DNA of 64,000 bases from Octopus vulgaris (taxonomy: Eukaryota): assembly GCA_951406725.2 (NCBI GenBank), contig OX597830.1, positions 59,830,001 to 59,894,000 on the forward strand, in the 5' to 3' direction. Positions 13,396-26,346 of the stretch are shown piece by piece. The notes below the pieces were generated by a model. That model was given only the letters and a program-made list of their open reading frames with translations. It had not been told where the DNA came from and did no database searches. Within the stretch, counting starts at the first letter, position 1, and the number at the start of each line of letters is the position of its first letter. The translations under genes were made by a program, and so were the position numbers.

Positions 13396-14473
13396 GAAGA
13401 ACCTGCAAAACTGAACATGTTGTACAGAAAGATCTATTTACAACAAAATCTATTAGAAATCTCTTAAAGAAATTTTCAAAAACAAAATGTTTGCATAATA
13501 CTTTTTACGCAAGTCCAAAATCACTTGAAAAAATATGAGAAGAAAAGTCTTGAAAATATTACAAGAAGAGCAAAATTCACATCTCATTGGCCATGACAGT
13601 TTCTTTTCCGTGAGTAGGAGCTGGTGGAAGACGCTGTGTGATATTTGTCAGTGTGGTGATATATGAGGGTGCTGCTGCTGCTGCCTGCTGCTGCTGCCGC
13701 AGAGACGATGTGCTGTAGGTAAGGATTCTAAGTGTCAAAATGGGTGGGAAAAAATAGAGGAAGTGAGCAAGAAAGAGGTGGAGAAATATCCCGGAGCTGC
13801 ACCGCCATATTGTAGCTGTGATGATTTATTGAATCAATATGGCGACTGTGTTAACGGAGATAGATTTGATGTCGCACGCTGTCGACCTTACACATGTGTC
13901 TGCGCTTCTGAATGGGTTCTTCTGTGTGTGTGTGTGTGTGTATGTGTGTAGTTAAATGCGAGCGTGCGTGTGTCAGCTTATGTGCGTAGTTGGCTGCCAT
14001 TGATATATTAGAGCTGTCTGTTGGGATTGGCTTGGAACAAGGAGAAGCATAAAAGATTCACTTATTCAAATGAGTCACTGAAACACACATGTAAACACAC
14101 GCACACACACGAAACACACATGTAAACACACGCACACACACACACGCATACACACACACACACACACATACACACACACACACGTAACTAGAAAAAGAGT
14201 TACGCAGAAACAAGTCTAAACTTATACCCACCCTCCTATCTTCAACCCTTTTATTTCGTGACACACATAGAGTAAAAGCATACATGTGTGAGCGTGTGAG
14301 TGTGTGTGTGTATTTATATGTATATATATACATATATATATATATGTTTATATATATATATATACATATATATATATAGTTAAAGTTAATCCAAACATGA
14401 AAGCACAAGAAAACACAACAACGCGAGGATGTGGAACAAATATAGTATTATTGGACGCTCAGGAAGGAAGGGG

Positions 14474-14509
14474 GGTTTAACGTTTCGAGCGGAGCTCTTC
14501 GTCGGAAAC
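14474..14509 (-). ncRNA. Candidate minimal type I hammerhead ribozyme in a (TA)n-embedded element (about 14379-14588)
   Basis: Minus strand GUUU-CCGACGA-A-GAGC(UCC)GCUC-GAAA-CG-UU-AAAC: core with U4C, 4-bp stem II, palindromic ACGU stem III, stem I GUUU/AAAC. Confidence 0.6.
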
Positions 14510-14633
14510 ATAGGAAAAGGAAAGATCCAGAGAAGGGAAGACAGAGGGGAAAAAATCGCCAACGGTACACACGCGGTCACATTTTGAATATATATGTATA
14601 TATATGTGGTGTGTGTGTATGTATGCATGTATG

Positions 14634-14649
<16 letters not shown>

Positions 14650-14664
<15 letters not shown>

Positions 14665-14860
14665 TTTTCCCCACCAACGCTTGACAACCGGTATTGGCTT
14701 GTTTACATCCCCGAAACCTAGTAATTCGGCACAAGAAGATAGATTAAGTAGCAAGCTTGAAAAAATAAGTGCTGCGGTCAATTAGATCGACTATAATTCC
14801 TCAAGGTAGTGCCCCAGCATGGCTGCAGTCTAATGACCGCAGCAAGTGAGAGATAAAAGA
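14650..14860 (+). mobile_element. SINE family A 3' half
   Basis: cgcttgacaaccggtattgg...gccccagcatggctgcagtctaatgac. Confidence 0.85.
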
Positions 14861-14870
14861 AAAAAAATAA

Positions 14871-14930
<60 letters not shown>

Positions 14931-15748
14931 ATACATACACACACACACATATATACATCGACACACGCATATACATATGTATCTGTGCATGTGCCTGTTT
15001 ATGCATATTTGGTCTCGTGTGTGCACACACATCCACACACACACACAAACACACAAGCATATATATACCTACACATATACACACACACACATTGTATGTG
15101 TTTATACGTATATACTCCATAAATTATAAGTTATTATTTATAGCTACTTTGCATTTTAGGAACTTCGTAGAAGACACACACACACACACACACATTCCCC
15201 GCCACACACTTCTCTATATGCACATCTATGGCGAACAAAAGACGAAATATCAAAATACAAAAACATAAACTACAAAAACAATAAAACGGGAAACGTTTGC
15301 AATCAAAATTATTTGCTTCATTTTTCAGAGAAATGGAAAAAGTCGACCGTTATAACGTGGAACTTTTCTGTATATTGACCATGGACATTCAAGGGCCGAC
15401 TATACAAACCGACCATACGAGGCTTTTACGGTGAGATAACTCTTCTTATTTTTAATTTTTATTTTTAATTTTTATTTTTAATTTTTAGTTTTTATTTCTC
15501 TTTTTTTTTTTACCAGTTTCCTCATCTTTCTACATCTCTTTCACTCAACAACCGAACCGAAGAAGCACAACACCCGGAACGTGGCAGCTTTTACTGATTG
15601 ACGTACCTTCATACTCGGAGTAGCTCACATCTTAGACTAAAGTTTCCGGCTCCTATGATTATACAAATGGACTTCTATCTGACTTACGACAAATCTTTAT
15701 TTTATATATATGTACATGAGTGTGTGTGTGTGTATGTGTGTGTGTGTG

Positions 15749-15805
<57 letters not shown>

Positions 15806-15810
15806 ATATA

Positions 15811-15995
15811 TGAGGGTCGGCTGAATAGTTCATAGGCCGACCAAGATACTCACATGGAATGTGGGCTAAGTGAGGTTTATTTTTCAACATAGACCCTTTT
15901 GCAGTCCACGCACTTCTTCACTTAGTGTTTCACTGCTTGGATGCCATTGGCGAAGAAGATTTCATACTGCTGGTCAAAAAAGTCACCATCAGTGG
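15811..15995 (-). mobile_element. Mariner 3' end (TIR plus transposase C-terminus)
   Basis: TA-flanked TIR tgagggtcggctgaatagttcatagg; minus strand DFFDQQYEIFFANGIQAVKH*...CVDCKRVYVEK resembles a mariner C-terminus. Confidence 0.75.
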
Positions 15996-15996
15996 T

Positions 15997-17745
15997 AGAC
16001 GGACACATAATGTTCCACATGGATTCGCTGAAGATGAGGGTCACCGTGGGAAATTCCATCGCTAAATGGCAGAGATTGGAGAAAGGTATTATGACAAGGT
16101 GCACAGTTTTTGTGGTGTTACATGTGTCGTCCATGAACCTCCTGCTAGAAGTGCGGGGGTGAAGAGTCAAGAAGTATTGAAACTGACGAAAACACAGGAA
16201 ATCCAGATTGGCGGGGTGGGGGGAGTATTCGTGGACGACAACCGTTATGGCACCATCAGCACAAAGGGCACGGCGGACATTGAGCTCGCTGGAAAAGATG
16301 ACCGCACGGTCACTTGAAGTTAAACCCAACGAAATGTCGGAGCATAAATATCCTTAAAAAGGAAAGCTGACAAATCAGCATTCAGGACTTTGGGATTTCG
16401 GCCATTCAAGAAAAACGAGTCCGCTGTCATGGAGAAAATTACGCTCATACCTTTAAAGGTATGGTAACTCGAGTAGAAGCAATGGATAGGTTGTGTAGTA
16501 AGTTCGTGCGAAGGTGACGGGGCGTCCACCAAATTTCAGTTCAGTCAGTCTGTACAGCAAAGACCTCTAAGATGCTCTACCAATTTCACCACATTGCTTC
16601 TGACTGAAAATGAGAACGTCAGACATACCAACAAAACCATAAAGTGTGACAGAAAATGGATACCCCAGGAAGCTGTGAAGGAAGCAGAAATGGACTAGAA
16701 ACATTAGGAGTATGCTGGAGGCAGCTAAGCATTGGCGATTACAACTCCAAGAGTAGGAAAAACATCAATATCAGGAGCAAGAGAGAGTTTATAGTACAAA
16801 GGATCCGCGTGTCAAAAGAAGAGGATAGCTGGATAAAGGCAGTAAGGTTTGCCATCAAGGTTGATGGATGATACATTGGGATCAGGTACTCGAGCGCCCA
16901 CTGTTCTGGAAGGAACTTTAGAGTACTAACGAGGGAAAATTGTCCTTTCTCCTTCCTCCTGTTGTTGACCTTTTGCCAACCCCCGAAACCTTAAAATATG
17001 GGGTAAAGAAAAATACCCATCCTGCAAGCTGTGCGGAGCAACTCTTAGCACTCTGAATCACATTTTGACTTGAGGTTCTGGGAGAAGGCCGCCATAAGTC
17101 GAGACATGACAAGGTCCTTGCAGAAATTTCCAATGGGATTGATTTGCAAATAGTAAAGGTTAATAAACTCCAGCCACCACCACCAAAGGAAGGCGACAAA
17201 GGTCCCGAGGCAAAAGCATTTGTTGGGGATCTGTTTTCTATTTTGCATTCAGTCCCAGACTGGCTGACGCAGGTGAAACCTGAAGGGGATACTTGTCTTC
17301 CCAGTAGAGACGGTGTTAACATCTCTCCGACCAGACATGTTCCTGCTCTTCAGGAATACAAAATCATCGTGGTCGAACTCACAGTGTTCTGGGAGGACAA
17401 ACTCGATATTTAGCACCAGGTAAAGAAAACGTGATATCAGAACTTAATTCAAGAGGCCCTAGTCAAGGGTTAGAAAGTAACCTCTACTCCCCATTGTAGT
17501 CAGCTGTTGCGACTTGCCCACGGGATCAGTACGCTATTTCCTGCAGAAGATAGGTCTGGAACCCTGGCAACTGAAGAACAGCCACCAAGGCAGCTGAAAC
17601 TAGTTCAAGGTAGCTACGGTTGATAAGAGAAGTGGAACTTTTCCATCCGCGAAAACTAGTACATTCCCCGCTGCGTCATTCAGGCGAGGTATACAGGATA
17701 AAGGGTGAAGCGCTTGTGATCCTGAGATGCTTGCTGACGATAAGG
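15997..17745 (+). mobile_element. 5'-truncated, decayed HERO-like RLE non-LTR retrotransposon
   Basis: RT motifs LEKGIMTRCTV (16076) and VFVDD (16223); CCHC finger CKLCG...NHIL and RHDKVL (17023-17119); RLE LRPDM...IIVVELTVFWED (17325-17398); many stops and frameshifts. Confidence 0.85.
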
Positions 17746-17809
17746 AAGGGTCTCCAGCATTGTAATGGATTTAAAAGAGTTTGTAGAAACTCAGAAAAGC
17801 TCCAGTAGT

Positions 17810-18230
17810 TTCTTATTTCTTTACTGTCCACAAAGGGCTTTAACATAGAGGGGACAAGCAAGGACAGACAAAGGGATTAAGACGATTACATCGACCCAAT
17901 GCATTACTGGTACTTAACTTATCGACCCCGAAAGGCTGAAAGGCAAAGACGACCTCGGCGGAATTTGAACTCATAACATAGCGGCAGACGAAATACCTAT
18001 TTCTTTACTACACTCAAAGGGTTAAACACAGAGAGGACAAACAAGGACAGACAAACGGATTAAGTCGATAATATAGACCTCAGCGCGTAACTGGTACTTA
18101 TTTAATCGACCCCGAAAGGATGAAAGGCAAAGTCGACCTCGGCGGAATTTGAACTCAGAACGTAGCGGCAGACGAAATACCACTAAGCATTTCGCCCGGC
18201 GTGCTAACGGTTCTGCCAACTCGCCGCCTG
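17810..18230 (-). mobile_element. SINE family B, dimeric copy
   Basis: Two ~180-bp units joined at ...aaagaaata|ggtatttcgtctgccg; ends ...aaagaaataagaaac. Confidence 0.92.
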
Positions 18231-18318
18231 TTGTAGGCGATTCGCTCCTGTAGTTTCTGTGTGAGGCAAAGCATCTCTGATGTTAATTTCACGGAATAAT
18301 TAATATTGATAATATTGA

Positions 18319-18383
<65 letters not shown>

Positions 18384-18643
18384 TGTGTGTGTGTGTATCT
18401 TTTACATTTTAATTATTTCAGGCTTTGAACTGAAACCGCCTTGTAGACTTTTAGTTGAACAAATCGACGCCAGCACTAATTTTACTAACCTGATATTTGC
18501 ATCGTTGTCTTTCACCGTAGAAGGACCGAACTCGAAGCCACAACGTTGCAAACCGAGCTTCTTAACCACAGCTACGGCTACGCCTATACACACACACACA
18601 CGCGCGCACGCACACACACAGACGCGCACACACAAACACAGAC

Positions 18644-18695
<52 letters not shown>

Positions 18696-18809
18696 ACACG
18701 TTTATGTATTTATTTTGCAAGATTCCTGATGTGAAATCGTGCGTTGAAACAGATATTGTCATTTTTCGGGATTTTTTTTATATTATTGCCAAATTTATAA
18801 CAATATATA

Positions 18810-18865
<56 letters not shown>

Positions 18866-19211
18866 CATATCTGTAGGTATGTACTACGTAAAATTCTTGT
18901 AAAAATCGTAAGAATTTAAACATTTGTTAAACGAAGTTTCTACTACACATTTGAAAGTGTCACTGATATGGTTGGTCGAAATGTTAGTTTTGTAAAGCAA
19001 TTTGCAAGAGCGGTTGGTTAACCCCTTGTTCCCCTCCTCCTTCCCCCACAGTGTGCTATAAATCAGGAAGTATTGTGTGCAAGCGCAGGGTTTTAAGCTA
19101 TCGTTGATGAGATGACAGTCGTGACAAAGTTAATTTGATAGCTGTCAGGGCTTGCACGAACGATAAGTCAAAGTTGATTTTAAATAAAGTTGAATCAGTT
19201 TACAATAGATT

Positions 19212-19410
19212 ACTAATATACAAAAATATATGATGGCTAATATATAATGATGTATGTTGTCTAAGATACACTTATGCCTGATGGTTAATATATAATAGTG
19301 GACGATAGCTAATATACAAAATTAATGATAACTAATATACAAAATGTATGATGACTAATGTACAATAATGAGTGATGACCAGTATACAACAATGTATGAT
19401 GGCTAATAAT
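19212..19410 (+). repeat. Degenerate ~24-bp minisatellite (tgatggctaatatacaaaatgta)
   Basis: About 8 imperfect units read directly. Confidence 0.7.
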
Positions 19411-19419
19411 GTCTAGTGG

Positions 19420-20300
19420 GCGAATTGTGGCCAAGTATTCGAACAGTTTGTTGAATATTTGAATGAAATCAAGCTATGTTTAGCCATGAAAAAAATAACG
19501 CTTGGTATTTTTTTCTTTAGCAATATGGATTTTCTGGGCTCAATAAAGTTTACATTTTCGTCTTTTTGCTTATTTTGCGGATTTTTCATTTCAACTGAAT
19601 TAAACTGAATAGCAAATTGCCAGGTTTGAGGAATCTATTGAGGTGTTGTTTAAGCTGGATCATCGTTTTGAGAGTAAATTCAGAATATTTTAGCGTGAGT
19701 TAGAAAGGAATAATTTTAAGAAGTGCTCTTGAAGAAACCAACTGTAAGAATCTTCAACAACACACCAAACAATTTATAGGAATTATTAGGGCAATGACTG
19801 AGTAATTTTCTTGTTGATTTTCTACAATTCAGAGATAACGGAAACAATACAATTTATTTAAAATATCCTGATGAAGTAGATTTCACGAATCTGAAATTGG
19901 ATGTGTTTGAGTGGTTGGATTTTAGAGATCTAGAAATGCAGTTAGTCGACTTCCAATCTAATTCCATCTAATCCTATTTGGAACTGAAAATTCATTATAC
20001 TAAGAGCAGATTTTAAAGAAATTGAACGAATACATGTACAAATAAGCGTGCACAAGCCATTCCGACTGTGAACTTGTGATAGTATTTCTAAAAATTTTGG
20101 TCCTCTTAAAATTCTTGCAAAAGTATTGTTAATAATTTTCTCAAGAATATATTTATGTGAAATATTATTCCTAGCACCAAACAACTTAAAAATGAACAAG
20201 AATATTATTTAGGTGATGTCATGAGTGATGCCTGTATAGCATAAAATGTACAAATTATATTTCTCTCATCACGAACTCAGCAACAGACAACTTTTAAAAT
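19420..20300 (+). pseudogene. Decayed hAT transposase (SPIN/GTF2IRD2-like) C-terminal part
   Basis: KYPDEVDFTNLKLDVFEWLDFRDLEMQLVDFQSNSI and IFSRIYLCEILFLAPNNLK, matching the hAT dimerization motif STYxCExxFS; possible TIR at about 20500-20511. Confidence 0.7.
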
Positions 20301-20699
20301 TTCATTTAATTACCCCAGTTCTATAAGTTTTTCTTCAAATTGAAAGTTTTAATATATTAAGCTATATAATTTTATTAATAAGTTTGAAAAACAGATCACT
20401 AATCTATAACCACACCTAAAACTAGAAATACGTGGACACGCCTCAATAACAGGATTATAAAAGAAAATCAAAATTTCGAACACGTCAGCCTAAGAAGGTT
20501 GGCCATCATTGATCCGTCCAATTAAATTCTTCGTAACCCGATACCTACATCCTGCGCACATACCCAGTCAACGTGTACGTAGAGTGTCTTTGTTTTTAAA
20601 CAGCGTAAAAACATTGTGTCAATCTAGCCTAGTGACGTCAATACATAACCTACCCAGCCGTACACAGGGTCAATATAACCTTTTAACACTTGCATCCAA

Positions 20700-20850
20700 C
20701 TGGACGTGGCTGTGTGGTTTGTTTCCCAACCACATGGTTTTCGATTCAGTCCCACTGCAAGGCACCTTGAACGAGTGTCTTCCACTATAGTCTCGGACTG
20801 GCCGAAGCACTGAAGCGGATTTAGTAGAGGGAAACTGAAGGAAGCTCTTC

Positions 20851-20917
<67 letters not shown>

Positions 20918-21500
20918 GAGAGAGAGAGAGTGAGAAAGAGAGAGAGAGAGAGAGGTGTAAAGATAAAAACACCTTTTGGTCATGAATGACCAAGGGGTCG
21001 CACCTAGAAAGTTACCCCCCGAGGCACAAATCCAGTCAAGGTTGTTTATGGAAGACCAGCAGGCGTCCATGCATACCAGCCTCTCATCTCCACGCCATCG
21101 AATTCATCCAAGAGAAAGGCAAAGGCCGATACTTCTAAGTGAACTGGAACAACATGAAATAAAGTGTCTTACTCAAGAACACAACACACAGCCCGGTCCG
21201 AGAATCGAACTCGCTACCTCATGACTGTGAGCCCGGTGCTCTAACCACTGAACCATGCGTTTTCATTGAACCATGCGCCTGTGTGTGTGTGTGCGCGCGT
21301 GCGTATGTGTGTGTTCGTACCCGTCCCCATCGCTTGCCAACCGGTGTTGGTGTGTTTACGTCCCCGTAATTAAGCGTTTCGGTAAAAGAGTACCAGACTT
21401 AAGAAAAAAATCACTAGGGTCGATTCGATCGACTAAAAATTATTCAAGGCAGTGCCCCAGTATGGCCGCAGTCTAATGGGTGAAACACGTACAAGATAAG
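20700..21500 (+). mobile_element. SINE family A copy split by a family E insertion
   Basis: Head 20700-20855, tail 21275-21500. Confidence 0.8.
20978..21260 (-). mobile_element. SINE family E (tRNA-derived)
   Basis: Minus strand cgcatggttcagtggttagagcaccgggctcacagtcatgaggtagcgagttcgattctcggacc followed by CORE-like gtgttcttgagtaagacacttta. Confidence 0.8.
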
Positions 21501-21903
21501 AAATTACTCTATCTACTCTGTCTATTCGCACCTTCGACAATTACACGCTGTATTTATGCTGTTCACTTCTACATTCTGTGTCTACCCATTCGATATGAAG
21601 ACGCTGACTCTATTTAACTAATCAAAATTTGTACATATGACTCAGTGGTTCTCTATCAGATCCAGATAGTCCTTGGGGTTCTAGATGGCCCTTGGAAGTC
21701 CTTATAAGGTTTTTGCTGTTAAAATTGACTTCCAATAAATTGGTTATACTTTTAGAATATACAAAGTATTTCAACAATTTTTAAATGCAATTCCTAATAA
21801 ATATTTAATTATAAAAATATAATGGGGCGTTTTAAAATATCGAATGGCTATGGAGGTTCAATAGAATAAAATAGGAATCAAAAGAAGTCCAAAGGCCAGA
21901 TTT

Positions 21904-22180
21904 GTGGAGGCACATGGCCTAGTGGCTAGAGCAGCGGACACGCGGTCGAGGGATCGCGGGTTCGAATCTCAAACCGGGAGATGTGTGTGTTTATGAGCGA
22001 AACACCTAAGCTCCACGCGGCTCCGGCAGAAGGTAATGGCGAACTTCTGCTGACACTTTCGCCACAACTTTCTCTCACTCTTTCCTCCTGCATCTTGCAG
22101 CTCACCTGCAACGGACCGGCGATGGAAACTGGGAAACCGGCCCTTGTGAGCCAGGTATGACTTGAGAAGGAACAAACAAA
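21904..22180 (+). mobile_element. SINE family D (shares head with family C)
   Basis: tRNA-like head tggcctagtgg...ggttcgaatc; tail gagaaggaacaaacaa; approximate TSD aaaggcca; matches the copy at 32034. Confidence 0.9.
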
Positions 22181-22394
22181 AGGCCAAAATTGGTTACGAA
22201 CCACTACTCTATGTAGTCGAAATCGACATGCCGTGCCTATCTATCCAACCGACGTCGCCACATTGCGTCTATTCTGACTGTCTACAGACCGTGTCTGCAT
22301 CCCCAGTGATTATGGGCATGCTGTTTCTAATTAGTCGGTCAACGTCTACACCGTGTGCGTCTGTCTACCCAGTGGAAGCCTGTATGATTTCTTT

Positions 22395-22664
22395 TAGTTT
22401 TTGCTTGTTTCAGTCATTTGACTGCGGCCATGCTGGGGCACAACACTGAAGAACTTTTAGTCAACTGAATCGATACGTGTTTTTCTTTTAAGCCTCGTAG
22501 TTCTTCTGTCAGTCTCTGTTGCCGAACTGCTAAGTTATGGGGGAGAAAACACACTAACACCAGTCGCAAGCGGTGGCCGGGAGGAGGGCCAAACACAGAC
22601 ACAAAGACACACACCCATATATATATACATTTGTATCTATCTATCTATCTATATATCTATCTAT

Positions 22665-22752
<88 letters not shown>

Positions 22753-23245
22753 GAGGCGCAATGGCCCAGTGGTTAGGGCAGCGGACTCGCGGTCGTAGGA
22801 TCGCGGCTTCGATTCCCAGACCGGGCGTTGTGTGTGTTTATTGAGTGAAAACACCTAAAAGATCCACGAGGCTCCAGCAGGGGGGGGGGGTGATCCCTGC
22901 TGTACTCTTTCACCACTCTTTCTCTCACTCTTCTGTTGGCCTGCTCGCTTAGCCAGCGGGGTGGCGTCATTCGAAGGCTAAAACAATGCGAAGCGCACTG
23001 TGACCAGCGATGTGTAGCAACATCTGATGGTCTGGTCGGTCACATGATGATGATATATATATATATATTTATACACCCACACACACACACTTTTACATAT
23101 ACGACGAGCTTCTTTCAGTTTCGATCTACCAAATCCTTTCACAAGGCTTTGGTTGACGCAGTGCTATAGTAGAAGATGCCACGCAGTGAGACTGAAACCG
23201 AAACCATGTGGTTAGGAAACAAGCGGCTTACCACACGGCCACGCA
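22395..23245 (-). mobile_element. SINE family A copy interrupted in its (TA)n by a family C copy
   Basis: Tail 22395-22615, head 23100-23245. Confidence 0.8.
22750..23053 (+). mobile_element. SINE family C, full length, inserted in (TA)n
   Basis: gtggaggcgcaatggcccagtggttagggcagcggactcgcggtcg...ggtcacatgatgatg. Confidence 0.92.
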
Positions 23246-23759
23246 TGTAGATATCAGTACACAGGCATGAAAAGTTGAATTTGCTCCGTTTTTTTAAGCC
23301 CTTTTCAATATTTGATAACTTGAAGGATTTCCTTGAAGCTGTATCAGGCTTACTCAGATCAAAAGAACACTATGAGAACCAGTGACTAAAATTGCCAGCT
23401 GGAGCAGCGTCAGATATTTCATTATGGAATTAGTTACTAGTTGGAGTATGCAAATTTAAAATTGTTCGGGGAGTGAAAATAATTATTTCATATTTTGGTA
23501 CACGGCCAGCAATTTTAGAGGGAGGGGGCTCGGTCATTTACATCAACTCAATACTTGACTGGTACCATATTTTATGAAATCCGTAAAGATGAAAGACAAA
23601 GTTGACTTCGGCAGGAATTCGGAACGTATAGTGCCGAAAGAAATGCCGTTATTTTTTTTCGATGTGCAAACGATTCTATCAGTTCCCTCGTTTCGAAAAT
23701 AGTAAAACCATTTTCATTATCTTGTTTCCATACATATTCTTTATGTCTAGTTGTCATAC

Positions 23760-24100
23760 GTAGCTCATTTAGAATATTCTTTGCGCTTCTGCGGAATCAA
23801 GGCTTCTATTCTTTTCTTTTATATTTTCTGAAGACTACCAGCAGCTACTCGTAGAAAGTTCTAAGTCTATGTCTATTCGTACGAGTGAGCTGTATTTCTC
23901 AACATTATAGAGACTGTCTTTTCCACTTCAGTGCGTGTTGATCTTGGTGCGTGATTGTGGTCAGTTGGCTGCTTTTGAATTTTATTTCTGTCAGTAGACA
24001 TCCGACGTCTTGACTCTAACGTATGAAAAGCCATTAAGAATTAGCCGACGTTTTCCGTTTCTACTCAATGCAAACTTCGTTTCACCTATGGCTAAAAATA
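23760..24100 (-). pseudogene. FLYWCH zinc-finger / MULE transposase N-terminal remnant
   Basis: Minus strand KFALSRNGKRRLILNGFSYVR, then (frameshifted) QPTDHNHAP, matching the FLYWCH F..S..G...L...G(F/Y).Y ... HNH pattern. Confidence 0.55.
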
Positions 24101-25094
24101 ATCGATATCCAACAGGCACATGTTGTAGACGTAATGAATTTTGTGTCGTATTTTCTGTTGGATTGATCGGAAGTTTTGATGTCCGCAAAATTATACTCAA
24201 CAATAATTACAAATCACATGACTTTGGAGAGAAATCTACAAAATAACATTGATAAAATTATTTGGCAATCATCTATTTTAATGTGTGCTTCAGTCAGAAA
24301 TAAAATTTGAAAACAGACATTTTTGAAAAACAAGACGTTGAAACGCAAACAATGAATTGTATCTAGTTTCTGTTTATACAATATTTTTGAAAATTCTACC
24401 TAAAGTTTGAGGTACAACAAATACACATACACACGAACACACACGCATACACAAACACAAGCGCGCGCGTACCCCCCCCCCAAAAAAAAAAAACACATAC
24501 ACATGCAAGCTCACACACACGCACACACACACACTGTTAAGTGTATTGAATTATGAAAATTTGGTTTGTAATAGAAAAACAACGGAATCATAAAAATTTC
24601 AGAAAAACGGACATCGTTAGACTAAAAGGAAAAAAAAAATAGGGTTCAGGAATGATGATATTCTTAGCTGAACCAGGAAAAGAACAAAACAAAAGGAAGT
24701 GGAAACATAGGATGTTACAACTGAAGTTGGAATTCAAATAAGGAAAAAAAATGTTTCATTCAAATGTAAAAGTATGTTCTCTATTTAAATTGTAAATCCA
24801 TCCCCCGCCCCGCAAAGAAAACTTATTTCATGGAGCTTCCATGTAAAATGAAATAGGGTCGGTAATGGCAGGGAGTAGAAGCACTTTTATATGGTTAAGA
24901 TGTCAGAGCTGGCAGAAACGTTAGCGCGCCGGGAGAAATGCTTAACGGTATATAAGTCCTGAGGTCGATTTGCTCGAGTAAAGGCGGTGCTCCAGCATGG
25001 CCACAGTCAAATGACTGAAACAAGTAAAATAGTAAACATCACAGTACATATATTACAGTAAACAAAGAAAGTGGGTATTAGTCGATAACATCGG

Positions 25095-25487
25095 TCACGC
25101 CGGGCGAAATACTTAGCGGTATTTCGTCTGCCGTTACTTTCTGAGTTCAAATTCCGCCGAGGTCGACTTTGCCTTTCATCCTTTCGGGGTGGATAAATTA
25201 AGTACCAGTTACGCACTGGGGTCGATGTAATCGACTTAATACCTATGTCTGTCCTTGTTTGTCCTCTCTGTGTTTAGCCCCTTGTGGGTAATAAAGAAAT
25301 AGGTATTTCGTCTGCCCCTACTTTCTGAGTTCAAATTCCGCCGAGGTCGACTTTGCCTTTCATCCTTTCGGGGTCGATAAATAAAGTACTAGTTTCGTAC
25401 TGGAGTCGATGTAATCGACTTAATCTCTTTGTCTATTCTTGTTTGTCCCCTCTATGTTTAGCCCCTTGTGGGCAGTAAAGAAAAGTA
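25095..25487 (+). mobile_element. SINE family B, dimeric copy
   Basis: Unit junction aaagaaata|ggtatttcgtctgcc at 25301/25302. Confidence 0.92.
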
Positions 25488-26346
25488 AGATGTAGTTTGT
25501 CATCCAAAGTTTAAAAATCCTCAGTATCTTCGTCTTGTGTTTTTAAATCATAGCTGGGTCGATATTCAGAAATATGTGCCCATCTATGAAGCAAGTGTGA
25601 CCAGGCGGTAGCATGATGTTTAATTAAAAAAATAATGAGATAAAAGGTGTTTTGGTTTGAAGGGTGAATCTACCTTCCCTCACTAAAAATAATAATTTAA
25701 AAAAAAACGCAAATTTATTCCAACTAGAGACAAACTGATTTTGAATCTGGATTTTCAAAGATTGCCATGAAGCTCTGAAAATCCAACACTTTTAGGTTCT
25801 TGAGACCCTACACTCTTGCTTCCAACTCTCATGGCTTCTATAAAGCTTGACCAACAAATTCCTTTTCTCTAAAGGACACAAATTTTAATTTATCTTCATC
25901 GGACTCAGCATAAACCAATAATTATGATCTCGTTTAGATATGCATGTGAGAGGATGCCGTGACGAGAAATGGTCATTCAAATTTTAGTACATTTGCCAAC
26001 ATGCTGCCCAAGTGTAGCCTAGTCTTCCTTTTAATCTTTACCCTCTTTTTTTCCCATCCAAACCCACTCAAAACATTATTTAAATTCAAATTCCGACTTC
26101 TGCAGCAATATTTTAAAGCGTCGTATCCTATATTTTCCAGGTTCAGTTAATTAAGAATATTTTCGAATCTACTCTCGCATTTTTCCTGCGAGTCCACCCT
26201 TGTTACAGACAACAACGTTTTTCAGCCCCAAAATAATTGCTATTGACACAAAATTTAAACAGTAGAAAAAATAAATTGCTGAAATTTAAAAAAGAAAATT
26301 TAAATTAGAGTGAAAATGTAAACTTTAAAAATGATAATAATTAATA

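Noticed and set aside
13795-13855. pre-miRNA hairpin
   Set aside because: Only 10 contiguous bp plus a short bulged extension, a poorly paired 22-nt interior, and no match to conserved miRNAs that I recognise; kept as a DNA-level palindrome.
17660-17745. Hammerhead in the HERO-like 3' UTR (also 51700-51780)
   Set aside because: ctgacga/ctgatga is present but there is no correctly placed GAAA or stems in these decayed copies.
22750-22825. tRNA genes (also 21904, 32034, 11255-11325, 21190-21260)
   Set aside because: They are tRNA-like SINE heads with A/B boxes but no complete cloverleaf, each followed by a SINE body.
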